From: Hormiphora californensis
Lineage: Eukaryota > Animalia > Ctenophora
Length of the DNA stretch: 64,000 bases
Reading direction: 5' to 3'
NCBI GenBank assembly: GCA_020137815.1
Contig: CM035353.1
Coordinates: 5,146,001-5,210,000 of the forward strand
Below the pieces are notes generated by a model. The model ran no database searches, was not told where the DNA came from, and was given only the letters and a program-made list of their open reading frames with translations. Positions 52,917 to 63,373 of this stretch are shown in pieces. The position numbers and the translations under genes were made by a program. Numbering within the stretch: the first letter of the stretch is position 1; each line of letters starts with the position of its first letter.

Positions 52917-53213
52917 GTCGGTGGGGTGGTGTAGTGGTAGCACACTGACCTCCCATGCGCTAGGTCCAGGGTTCGATTCTGGTCTAGCGCACGTCGTCTA
53001 GCCCACCAAGCTATGATTGGTACGGGGATTTACCCGGATAGTGTACTCGTTGCAAAGGTTCACCTAGTCGTACAGGTGTCACACTAATTAATTAGTGTGT
53101 AACTGTAAGGTACTCACGTGTAGAAATACATGTGTTCATCACTCATCAGTGGCTTGAGGAGCCTGTAAAAGGGACATCAAGCCTACTGCACGAGTTTTCA
53201 TTATTATATTTTA
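52917..53213 (+). mobile_element. tRNA-derived SINE
   Basis: A box tggtgtagtgg, B box ggttcgattc, (TTA)-like tail, TSD ttatatcat at 52908-52916 and 53214-53222. Confidence 0.85.
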
Positions 53214-53285
53214 TTATATCATCGAAAGATAATTTTTTGAACTTTCAGAAGATGTATACATACTAAATTTACAAAACTGGATGTA

Positions 53286-53457
53286 CAGTCGGACCCCGAT
53301 TTAGGGGCCCCCGATTTAGTGGCACCCCGATTTAGGGACAGGATTTTTTTCCCCCGATATAGGAAATTAACCTTATTTGACCCCGATTTAGTGGACACCC
53401 CGATTTAGTGGACAAGAGCCTTTCCCCCGAGGGTGTCCCTAAATCGGGGTCCGACTG
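53286..53457. mobile_element. Short CAGTCGGACCCCG-family MITE
   Basis: Perfect TIRs with TA on both sides. Confidence 0.9.
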
Positions 53458-53717
53458 TATAAGGGTCTTAGACTGTATTATATAAAAATAGATGTGCCGA
53501 TATGGTTATTTTTCGCCATAGCGGACTTAAATCTCATCCAATCGATCTTAAAATTGGTCAGTATCTTCATCTTAACCCTTTGACGGCGAGAAGGATTGGC
53601 TCGATAGAATTGTCTAATTTTTTGTTTATAAGTAGATATTATCAACACAAAACGCCTCGAAAAGGAAATTTGTAATTCCGACATGTAGTTTTTGCTGGGC
53701 CCACTGTAGCATATATG

Positions 53718-54380
53718 AGGCATAAACTCTGGCCACTGGCACGTTATTTCAGATACCTTTCTCCCAGCGCGCCGCTGGGAGAAGGTAGCTGTAGTTTATC
53801 CGCCAGTGGCGGATAAACTGGTTTAAATCACGACGACGATCCCGAGGCGTAGCCGAGGGAGAGGCGGAGGGGTTTAAACCAATAACGTGCCATTGGTCAG
53901 AGTTTATGGGTTATATACCCTGCTTTAGTCGTTTGTTTCAAGTATTACACAATAACAAGAGAGAGAACACTAACGAAAACACACAAAGAGAACTGAGAAA
54001 CAGTCAAAAACATCTCTCAATTGAGTGTATAGTGTTTGGTAACAGTTACTAAGGAGAGAGAGAAAGAAATAACAAGATATGGGGCATGCCAGACATAACA
54101 CAGAGGAATTGAGATAGTGAGAAAGAAGGGGAGATAAAGAGAGAGTAATTGACGGAATGTGTTCTTTCTTTCTCTCCAATGTAGTGTGTAACTCTTGCAA
54201 ATAGTGTTCCCTCTGTATTTCAGTAAGAACTGATCATTTACACTCACTTTGAATGTAACATAGGAGTTAATAATAAATAACCTGCCAGTGGGAAATAATC
54301 TGCCGCTGGACTAGCTGTTTATTGAGAGCGCGCCAGTGGGACTTCTCGCCACTGGCGGGTTATTTAAGTTAGCAGGGTAT
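53718..54380. mobile_element. Non-autonomous element with asymmetric inverted repeats and stacked GC hairpins (Helentron- or Crypton-like)
   Basis: IR cataaactctggccactggcacgttatt / aataacgtgccattggtcagagtttatg encloses three hairpins; ataccctgct (~53915) pairs with agcagggtat (54371). Confidence 0.55.
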
Positions 54381-56152
54381 ATATGATACTATCGTCCGTA
54401 AGGGAATTCTAGTAACAAATCTAAATTGTACAAGTTTGTGGGTATTATGGCATAAATTCATGCTTTCATGAGGTTTGTAGCTACAAGTTCTACAATCGTG
54501 AACGGTTTTTACCAGGAAAAGAACCCAAATTAGAGATTTGTATCATATATGATACTATCGTCCTAATGGTAAATTCTCCTAAAACATACATAATTCGGGC
54601 TAGAAAAGGAGCTAAGAGACAAATCAGGGCACTAAAATGTGTAGAATCATCGCATTAGTGGGGGTAGAGCAAATATTTAGGTCGCTATCTGGATCCCTAA
54701 TGAGATAATTGGATAATTAGCTAATTATCTGTCCCGCGCGTGCTAATTATTCATGAAACTTAATGCTCTGGGAAGGAGTTATGAGACAAATGGGGGCACT
54801 AAAATGTGTAGAATCATCAAATTAGTGGGGGTAGAGCACATATTTAGGTCGCTATCTGGATCTATAATTGAGATAATTGGATAATTAGCTAATTAGTTGC
54901 CCTGGAGCGCTAATAAATGAGACTAGGCGGAGTATACAAGACAAGTGAGGGCACTAAAATGTGTAAAATCATCGCCTTAGTGGGGGTAGAGCTCATAGCT
55001 GAGTTTCTATTCCCACTCCTAATTGAGATAATTGGATAATTAGCTAATTGACGGTTGCACACCGTCCACTTTTCACCAAATCCCGTAGTTTCTAGGTAAT
55101 CCTGAGCTCTTTTGCTCAATCTAAGGATCTTCTGACATCCCCTAATATCCCTAAACCCCTATAACCGTGTGTCCAAACAATAAATATGGGAAACTGTAGT
55201 ACATTAGAGGTTGAACGTGTTGTAGGAGCAATAGGATATAAAAATTATATAGTATTGTAGGTGGATCTTGGATGTATGAGAGGTCTAGGATGGAGCAAGA
55301 GGGTTCTAAAGAGCTGGGCAGTGTCTAGGGTTGTATCGAGCGTATACTATTGTGTAAAACGAGTCAAAGGTGATACAAATGGGGTTAAGGGGTTGTCAGA
55401 AGATCCTTAGATAGAGCAAGAGAGCTCAGGATTACCTAGAAACCACGGGATTTGGTGAAAAGTGGACGGTGTGCAACCGTCAATTAGCTAATTATCCAAT
55501 TATCTCAATTAGGAGTGGGAATAGAAACTCAGCTATGAGCTCTACCCCCGCTAAGGCGATGATTTTACACATTTTAGTGCCCTCACTTGTCTTGTATACT
55601 CCGCCTAGTCTCATTTATTAGCGCTCCAGGGCAACTAATTAGCTAATTATCCAATTATCTCAATTATGGATCCAGATAGCGACCTAAATATGTGCTCTAC
55701 CCCCACTAATTTGATGATTCTACACATTTTAGTGCCCCCATTTGTCTCATAACTCCTTCCCAGAGCAAAGTTTCTTGAATAATTAGCACGCGCGGGACAG
55801 ATAATTAGCTAATTATCCAATTATCTCAATTAGGGATCCAGATAGCGACCTAAATATTTGCTCTACCCCCACTAATGCGATGATTCTACACATTTTAGTG
55901 CCCTGATTTGTCTCTTAGCTCCTTTTCTAGCCCGAATTATGTATGTTTTAGGAGAATTTACCCTTAGGACGATAGTATCATATATGATACAAATCTCTAA
56001 TTTGGGTTCTTTTCCTGGTAAAAACCGTTCACGATTGTAGAACTTGTAGCTACATACCACATGAAAGCATAAATTTATGCCATAGCACCCACAAACTTGT
56101 ACAATTTAAATTTGTTACTAGAATTCCCTTACGGGCGATAGTATCATATATG
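54378..56152. repeat. Large inverted repeat (foldback element): ~765-bp arms, ~245-bp spacer, internal ~135-bp subrepeats
   Basis: 54378-55143 is the near-perfect reverse complement of 55388-56152. Confidence 0.9.
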
Positions 56153-56799
56153 ATACGGCGCCTTAAATGTTAATAACTCATTCAATTTTCAATATTTTTT
56201 GATGCGGCTTTTTGCATTCGGTCGGTTATGTCGAGCACTTTTATTCCTTCAAAGGATTAGTTGTGCCCCCAAAAAACAAAAAAATGAGAAATGTTTTTAA
56301 AAAAAGGCCGAAATTAGCCTCCTTAGAAGGGCTATAAAATTTTTTTCTTGATTTTCTGAGCTGATCTGGACGTGGTTTTAGGTTCATAATCCCTAAAACT
56401 AGCTTGTAACAAAATATGGGCCACCTAGATAAAACATAAGGACTTCCAGGCCGCCTAGAATAGACTGTAGCATATATGCTCTGTCGCCGTCAAAGGGTTA
56501 AGACAAGATATCTTGTTAATCCCGATAATATTACGTCATCATTATGACGTTGTAACGTCGCGTTATGACGTCAAAATGACATCAAAAATGAAATTTTCGT
56601 AGTTTAGCTATTGCTTCGTAGTTTAGCTATTCCTTCGTTTTTCGATTAGAATCCCGATCCGTCTTCAGGAATCAGGGTGTAAAATGAGCTCAAAGAAGTT
56701 TGGTAAGAGTGTAAAAATGACGACTTTAAGACATTCTGTAGGACGTTCCTGCGGATGATGGAAAACCTCACCCGAAGTAAATGCACACACATCCAGTAG

Positions 56800-58563
56800 G
56801 ATAATGTTTTAATTATGCACTGTTCACTGCTGTAGACATCACCCACTCACTTCATACACACACAAACACCCACACACATGACCAAGCCTGTACGACAGGT
56901 TATTGATCACCGGCTGTATTACAGCACGAGAGAGCCGTCACTAGTATCGTGCAGTGATCCGAAGATCATGATAACAATTAATATGACGTGATCAACTGCT
57001 ATAGCCCAACTGTTCATTCTGAGAATTCTGATACAAAGATATTATTTGCCGTACTGATATATGAGGTAACTCCAACCCCCCAGTTTCATCTCCTTGTTTA
57101 ACATGGGAGTTACCAAGGGAATCCACTGGGTTCGATTAATCTAGGCACATACCCACAGTACTATTCGAATTGGCGTATCTTTATATCAGGAATCTCGGAT
57201 AGCAACAATCCTTGTTTGTGTGTGTATGAAGTGAGTGGGTGATGTCTACAGCAGTGAACAGTGCATAATTAAAACATTATCCTTGAAACGTGAGCACTGC
57301 TGATAATAAGAGCCCTGTCTATACGCCTAATCTGTTCAGATAGCAATAAAACACAAGGATTGTTGCTATCCGAGATTCCTGATATAAAGATACGCCAATT
57401 CGAATAGTACTGTGGGTATGTGCCTAGATTAATCGAACCCAGTGGATTCCCTTGGTAACTCCCATGTTAAACAAGGAGATGAAACTGGGGGGTTGGAGTT
57501 ACCTCATATATCAGTACGGCAAATAATATCTTTGTATCAGAATTCTCAGAATGAACAGTTGGGCTATAGCAGTTGATCACGTCATATTAATTGTTATCAT
57601 GATCTTCGGATCACTGCACGATACTAGTGACGGCTCTCTCGTGCTGTAATACAGCCGGTGATCAATAACCTGTCGTACAGGCTTGGTCATGTGTGTGGGT
57701 GTTTGTGTGTGTATGAAGTGAGTGGGTGATGTCTACAGCAGTGAACAGTGCATAATTAAAACATTATCCTTGAAACGTGAGCACTGCTGATAATAAGAGC
57801 CCTGTCTATACGCCTAATCTGTTCAGATAGCAATAAAACACAAGGATTGTTGCTATCCGAGATTCCTGATATAAAGATACGCCAATTCGAATAGTACTGT
57901 GGGTATGTGCCTAGATTAATCGAACCCAGTGGATTCCCTTGGTAACTCCCATGTTAAACAAGGAGATGAAACTGGGGGGTTGGAGTTACCTCATATATCA
58001 GTACGGCAAATAATATCTTTGTATCAGAATTCTCAGAATGAACAGTTGGGCTATAGCAGTTGATCACGTCATATTAATTGTTATCATGATCTTCGGATCA
58101 CTGCACGATACTAGTGACGGCTCTCTCGTGCTGTAATACAGCCGGTGATCAATAACCTGTCGTACAGGCTTGGTCATGTGTGTGGGTGTTTGTGTGTGTA
58201 TGAAGTGAGTGGGTGATGTCTACAGCAGTGAACAGTGCATAATTAAAACATTATCCTTGAAACGTGAGCACTGCTGATAATAAGAGCCCTGTCTATACGC
58301 CTAATCTGTTCAGATAGCAATAAAACACAAGGATTGTTGCTATCCGAGATTCCTGATATAAAGATATGCCAATTCGAATAGTACTGTGGGTATGTGCCTA
58401 GATTAATCGAACCCAGTGGATTCCCTTGGTAACTCCCATGTTAAACAAGGAGATGAAACTGGGGGGTTGGAGTTACCTCATATATCAGTACGGCAAATAA
58501 TATCTTTGTATCAGAATTCTCAGAATGAACAGTTGGGCTATAGCAGTTGATCACGTCATATTA
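56800..58563 (+). mobile_element. Retro-inserted concatemer of a 487-nt structured non-coding unit (415 bp inverted + 2.77 direct copies), 13-bp TSD
   Basis: Period 487 (57215, 57702, 58189); 56800-57214 is the reverse complement of the unit; acacatccagtag at 56787-56799 and 58564-58576. Confidence 0.85.
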
Positions 58564-58576
58564 ACACATCCAGTAG

Positions 58577-59804
58577 TTGGTGACATTGACACCTAGTGCG
58601 TGCACATAGGTGTCCGCTCCGCCCCCTAAAAAAGGGTCGTGTCTTTCAAGCCAAATTGCACGCGATCCACTGGACCGATTTGCATCCGGTTTGTCGCAAA
58701 AGACTACAAATTGATCCTAATATACTGGAAAATACCCGAGAAGTTTGTCTGTCAACAGGAAGTGGGTCAAAATTGACACTGAAGTCAAATCTTTAATCTG
58801 GCTTCTGAGCCTTTTGCACCACTCCCAGACGGTTTAGAATGAATCTGAGGGTATCAGAAGATAGGTTGAACTCCTGTGAGTACTGGAAAATACCCGGAAT
58901 TAATAGCTGATGCTAATTGCATCAACATATCTCCCAATATCTTCTAAATCGCATGGGCGTAGTGCAGAAACTCTCAGAAGCCAGAATATAGATTTGACTT
59001 CAGTGTCAATTTTGACCCACTTCCTGTTGATAAACAAACTTCTCGGGTATTTTCCAGTATATTAGGATCATTTGTAGTCTTTTGCGACGGTGGGCGGACT
59101 CTAGTGCTAACGGACTCTTTATCTAAATCCAAGGCGGACTCTATATCTAAAAACGGACTCTTTATCTACAGTTAGATTTTGAAAAAAATTTAGATAAAGA
59201 GTCCTCCCTGTGTAGACTTTTTAGATAAAGAGTCCGCCCTGTGTAGAATTTTTAGATATAGAGTCCTCTAGTACATTTTGGCGCCAAATCCTCCAATCCG
59301 GACTCTATGTCTAAAATCCTAACCCAACCCAAAACCTAACCCTAACACTAACCCTAACCCTAACCTCGAACCCAAATAACGGCCCTAACACTTCTAAATT
59401 AGTATAGGGGTAGAGCAAACTCTCGTTTCCGGCCTAACGGCCGAAATCTCGAGTTCGCGGCGAAAGGCGGACTCTATATCTAATTTAGATTTATGTAGAT
59501 ATAGAGTCCGCCTTTTGTAGACTTTTTAGATAAAGAGTCCGCCCTGTGTAGACTTTTTAGATATAGAGTCCTCCTAGAGTTTAGACTTATTTGGACTCTT
59601 TATCTAAATCTAAATTTAGATAAAGAGTCCACTGTAGACTTATAGTGTAGCACTAGAGTCCGCACACCTTTTGCGACAAACTGGATGCAAATCGGTCTAG
59701 TGGATCGCGTGCAACATCCCTTGAAAGAAACGACCCTTTTTGGGGCGGAGCAGACACCTGTGTGTGAGCTCAATCTTGGTCGCGCACGGTGTCTATGTCA
59801 CCAA
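58577..59804. mobile_element. TTGGTGAC-family foldback MITE with a nested MITE
   Basis: TIR ttggtgacattgacacc ... ggtgtctatgtcaccaa; TSD atccagtag at 58568-58576 and 59805-59813. Confidence 0.9.
59089..59668. mobile_element. Longer copy of the GGTGGGCGGAC MITE (9-bp TSD) containing (CCCTAA)n-like repeats
   Basis: TSD ttttgcgac at 59080-59088 and 59669-59677; same TIR as 6891-7196. Confidence 0.9.
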
Positions 59805-60228
59805 ATCCAGTAGATCTACCAGCTAGTGAAAACGAGACGTTTCTATCTTTTTTCGTTTGGCGTGAATATGGTTTATATAATCAATAAACCCTTGCTTTTA
59901 ATAGTGGGCGGGTATATCAGACAAACTTTCACCCGCTGATATTTATAAAAAGCGACTCCGATGCGTGCGCTGTGCGTGCGTGCCTGTTACACTGAATCTT
60001 CAGCAAATCGGACCACTGATCTGTAACTTCAGTCCCAGATGAGATAGAGACTTCAAATTTTAAACCGGGTATACATTTCAAGTGAAAGAGAGCCACGCTA
60101 GCGGCTCTTTTTGGGGGAGGGGAATGACAACCTTTACGCTTTCCAGAGTAGTAATAGGGTGTAAATCGAATTGGTTATATTCTATTCCACTTTTTTCCGG
60201 CGGGAACACTAAAATTATATAATTTCAG

Positions 60229-63033
60229 GGGGGAGACTACTCGGGTTGGAAGGACCATCAGTTCACCGAGAAAATAGACGGCAACTGCACTGAAGCACAT
60301 AGACTGGCTGATAGTGGTGACCACGAGAAACTCGGTCAGCTTTTACAAGTCGCAAAATCTAAGGGACTAACGGAAAAGGTGTTACTGGCACGAAATGGTT
60401 TTAATTGTACACCACTGATCCGTGCTTGTTATAATGCAAAGGAAAATGATAGTACAAAGCAATACAAAACTGTGAAAGTGCTACTGGATGCCGCAAAGGA
60501 TTCAGAATATTTGATCAGGGAGATGCTCTTGGCAAGTAACGCTTATCCAGAAACAGCATTCCACTGTGCTGCAAAAAGGGGTCATACGGACGTGGTGAGG
60601 CTGCTACTGACTACGGCAAATCAGGCGAATCAAAAATTACTAGAGAACATCCTCCTGCAAAAAGATAAAGTGGGGCTCACACCATTACACGCTGCTTTCA
60701 ACACTAAGCCTGTAGTTTTTAAGGAGATACTGAATGTGATTCTTTCGAAACCACAACAACAGAAACAATTGATACGAGCGTTGCTTGAGAATGATCGTAC
60801 CGGAATGATGGCGTTGATACAAGCTAATATAATTGGTGATGCACAGCTATTAAGGGACATACTAAAGGCACCGCCCATGGCTTCAGACAACCCGATCAGA
60901 CACATGATGACACAGTTGATAGAAGAGGTACTGGACGAGGACGAATCAAATATAAACGATGTGCTTTTGTCAAAGGAAAAGCATACTAAAAACACACCAC
61001 TCCACAAAGCTTCGTCTGAAGGTGACAGCTTTACTGCCAACCTGGTACTTGATAAAGCGAAAAGCAAAGGATTCCTAACACTACAAGACGTCCTCCTTGC
61101 AGTAAACAAGAACGGCGAAATTCCGCTACATGTCGCCTCAAAATATGACAAAGTTGGTGTGATTGAGCTGATGATGAAGATGGATTCCGTCCTTAAACAA
61201 AACGAGGAGATAGTGGATGAGGAGGCAGGACGTACTGGTTCAAGTGAACCTGATTGCACCGTTTTGAAGCGGAAGATGCTTATAGCTAAAGACAACCAAG
61301 GATATACACCGCTAGACCTTGCCAAAAATAACGATTGTAAAAAAGCGGGGGAATTATTAAAAAAGTTCACGGATAAGGACATAACATATCTGTTGAATGT
61401 TAAAATACGGAATTGGGAAAGTTCAATAGATGATATGATCAAGTTGAACGCGAAACCTGAAAATGATAAACTGTACCTGGATCGCTGTATCGATATTGGT
61501 TCAGGGGATGCAGTAGATAAATGGCTGGTCGCCTTGTACAGAAAGTTTCAGGAGGGACAGAAAGGACATTGTAGTGAGGATTATGATAAAGAAATGGAGT
61601 TTTGGAAAGAAGCTTTGCAACTCGTGTCACCGGAACTTGCTGTTAAACACCTTCCTGAGACTGTAGGTATGGTCTTGGACGCTTCACTAATTGGTGTTGA
61701 ACAAGAAAAACACTGGGTAATAATGAATTTTAAAACGCTAGAAAGATTACAGGAAAACAGAACGCGAACGTTTCTGGATCTCATCGTAGAGGAGTTCGAG
61801 TCTAAAGGAGATTTATCTCATGATAAGTTTCTATCACATCCTGTGGTGGAGCAACTTATCAAGATAAAATGGATGCAAGTTGGACAAATCTGGTTTTTGT
61901 TGTCCCTACTGATGCTTCTTTCCTTTTTGGTAATGCTGATTGTCGCAGCATATCCAACAGCGAAAATTCCGAATGATATAGGGGAATTGATAGCGAAAAA
62001 TGAAACGGATCATATTGAATACCCGACAGAGGCCGAAGTTACAGCCCTGGAAATTGTTCTTTTCACTATGTCCGTATTAAGGTTGATTGGAGAGATTTTT
62101 GATTTTATCTATTCCATTACTGATCATTTTAGCTGTATTGAAGGAGTAGAAAAGAACGCAAAAAGATCAGGGTGCAAGAAAGAAAGAAAATTTTTTCAAA
62201 ATCTTAAAGCCTACTTCTCTAACATAGATAACGTCACTGAGCTTATCCTCTACTTCAGTACAATTGTCTATGTGTGGAGTGGTGAATATCTTTGGTGCAA
62301 AAAGATGTTTGCTTTCGTAGCCGTCACTTCTGGTTTTTGGAACATGTTTCTTATATCTCGATATGTTCCACATATCGGAATTTATTATATCATGTTCCTT
62401 CGAATTTTAAAAACATTTTTTTGGATTATTCCACAAATGGCATTTTTTCTCGTTTCGTTTACAATAGTTTTCACATTCGCGATTAATGATGATATAGTTA
62501 ACTTTGCAAGCAGTGGAAAGCCATATTATTGGGTGTGGACAAGATTTTTTAGTAGTTTGGAGTATGACGTTATTGACATAAACGAAGAAGAGAGAAGCGT
62601 ATATCTGGCACTTGCTACATTTTTCATCTTTGGTTTACTGATTAATCTTATTTTGTTAAACTTAGTAACTGGACTGGCGATAGATGATGTTCAGAAAATC
62701 AGGACTGAGTCAGAGAAACAAGAGAAAATAGGTCAGATTAAAATGATAAGTATCGGAGAAAAAATTTGCTTTTATCTAAATAAAGTAAGTTATCTAGGCA
62801 TTTGTAAATGGATAGAGGCATTAATACCAAGGCAACCCGATGTTTTTAATGGTCCAATGAAAGATTTTTCGGATGAAGGTATTACTAAAATGTATGCCAT
62901 CACCTCTAGAAAGTTCTACAATACTATTGAAAACGGGAAAGTAAAGTTGCAAGAAGAAGTGAAGAAGTTGTCTGATGAAAATGTTAATGTCCTGGTACAG
63001 ATGGCACAAGCTATGACTGTACATAGCGCTTAA
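60229..63033 (+). CDS. TRPA-family cation channel, main exon (ankyrin repeats + six TM segments + TRP-like helix/coiled coil), 934 codons
   Basis: Stop-free from an aatttcag acceptor. Ankyrin motifs (TPLH, TAFHCAA, TPLDLA), pre-S1 LSHPVVEQLIKIKW, S4-S5 GIYYIMFLRILKTF, S6 LLNLVTGLAIDDVQKIR. Confidence 0.92.
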   Translation, partial: GGDYSGWKDHQFTEKIDGNCTEAHRLADSGDHEKLGQLLQVAKSKGLTEKVLLARNGFNCTPLIRACYNAKENDSTKQYKTVKVLLDAAKDSEYLIREMLLASNAYPETAFHCAAKRGHTDVVRLLLTTANQANQKLLENILLQKDKVGLTPLHAAFNTKPVVFKEILNVILSKPQQQKQLIRALLENDRTGMMALIQANIIGDAQLLRDILKAPPMASDNPIRHMMTQLIEEVLDEDESNINDVLLSKEKHTKNTPLHKASSEGDSFTANLVLDKAKSKGFLTLQDVLLAVNKNGEIPLHVASKYDKVGVIELMMKMDSVLKQNEEIVDEEAGRTGSSEPDCTVLKRKMLIAKDNQGYTPLDLAKNNDCKKAGELLKKFTDKDITYLLNVKIRNWESSIDDMIKLNAKPENDKLYLDRCIDIGSGDAVDKWLVALYRKFQEGQKGHCSEDYDKEMEFWKEALQLVSPELAVKHLPETVGMVLDASLIGVEQEKHWVIMNFKTLERLQENRTRTFLDLIVEEFESKGDLSHDKFLSHPVVEQLIKIKWMQVGQIWFLLSLLMLLSFLVMLIVAAYPTAKIPNDIGELIAKNETDHIEYPTEAEVTALEIVLFTMSVLRLIGEIFDFIYSITDHFSCIEGVEKNAKRSGCKKERKFFQNLKAYFSNIDNVTELILYFSTIVYVWSGEYLWCKKMFAFVAVTSGFWNMFLISRYVPHIGIYYIMFLRILKTFFWIIPQMAFFLVSFTIVFTFAINDDIVNFASSGKPYYWVWTRFFSSLEYDVIDINEEERSVYLALATFFIFGLLINLILLNLVTGLAIDDVQKIRTESEKQEKIGQIKMISIGEKICFYLNKVSYLGICKWIEALIPRQPDVFNGPMKDFSDEGITKMYAITSRKFYNTIENGKVKLQEEVKKLSDENVNVLVQMAQAMTVHSA

Positions 63034-63054
63034 TCTTATTTTTGAAGTTGGGGC

Positions 63055-63263
63055 CAGCACACACCTACGGCAAAATTTCAAACCCAGACACACCAGCGAT
63101 TCTCTCCTCTATTCTCATTTGTCATCCAACGCGATAGTTTGACATCTAACGCGAAATTTTAACAGCGCAAGATTGAAGATTGTTACTGTGAGAATAATAA
63201 TAGGAGAGAGGGGTGTGTATGGGTTTAAAATTTTTATTCTAATTTTGCCGTAGGTGTGTGCTG
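63055..63263. mobile_element. Small inverted-repeat element just after the TRPA stop codon
   Basis: cagcacacacctacggcaaaatt ... aattttgccgtaggtgtgtgctg; no clear TSD. Confidence 0.7.
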
Positions 63264-63373
63264 ACACTTAGGCCCATGATCCCTAGGATACTAGGACCTA
63301 TAGGATCAACCCGTCTGGCAGTGACTTGGGCATGTCCCCCCCTGTGAGCGGGGCGAGGCAGTGACGATCTTAA

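Larger units (their letters stand above)
53576..56497. mobile_element. piggyBac-type non-autonomous element with nested inserts
   Basis: ttaa|ccctttgacggcga ... tcgccgtcaaaggg|ttaa. Confidence 0.85.
51002..60152. mobile_element. Large element with imperfect inverted ends and no TSD (Helentron/HINE-like), host to many nested insertions, inside the TRPA intron
   Basis: Left end actgcgctggcaagcgcaaagg; right end cctttacgctttccagagtagt. Flanks rejoin as ttgata|aatagggt, matching the paralogous empty intron at ~50329-50345. Confidence 0.75.

Noticed and set aside
52917-52995. tRNA gene
   Set aside because: Acceptor and T stems are imperfect, and the sequence continues into a SINE body with tail and TSD.
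57215-57701. 487-nt unit as a group I/II intron, telomerase RNA, SRP RNA or RNase P RNA
   Set aside because: No convincing P/Q/R/S or domain V motifs, no CUAACCCU template, and no SRP or RNase P conserved boxes seen.
60630-61442. 270-aa antisense ORF
   Set aside because: Shadow of the TRPA coding strand.
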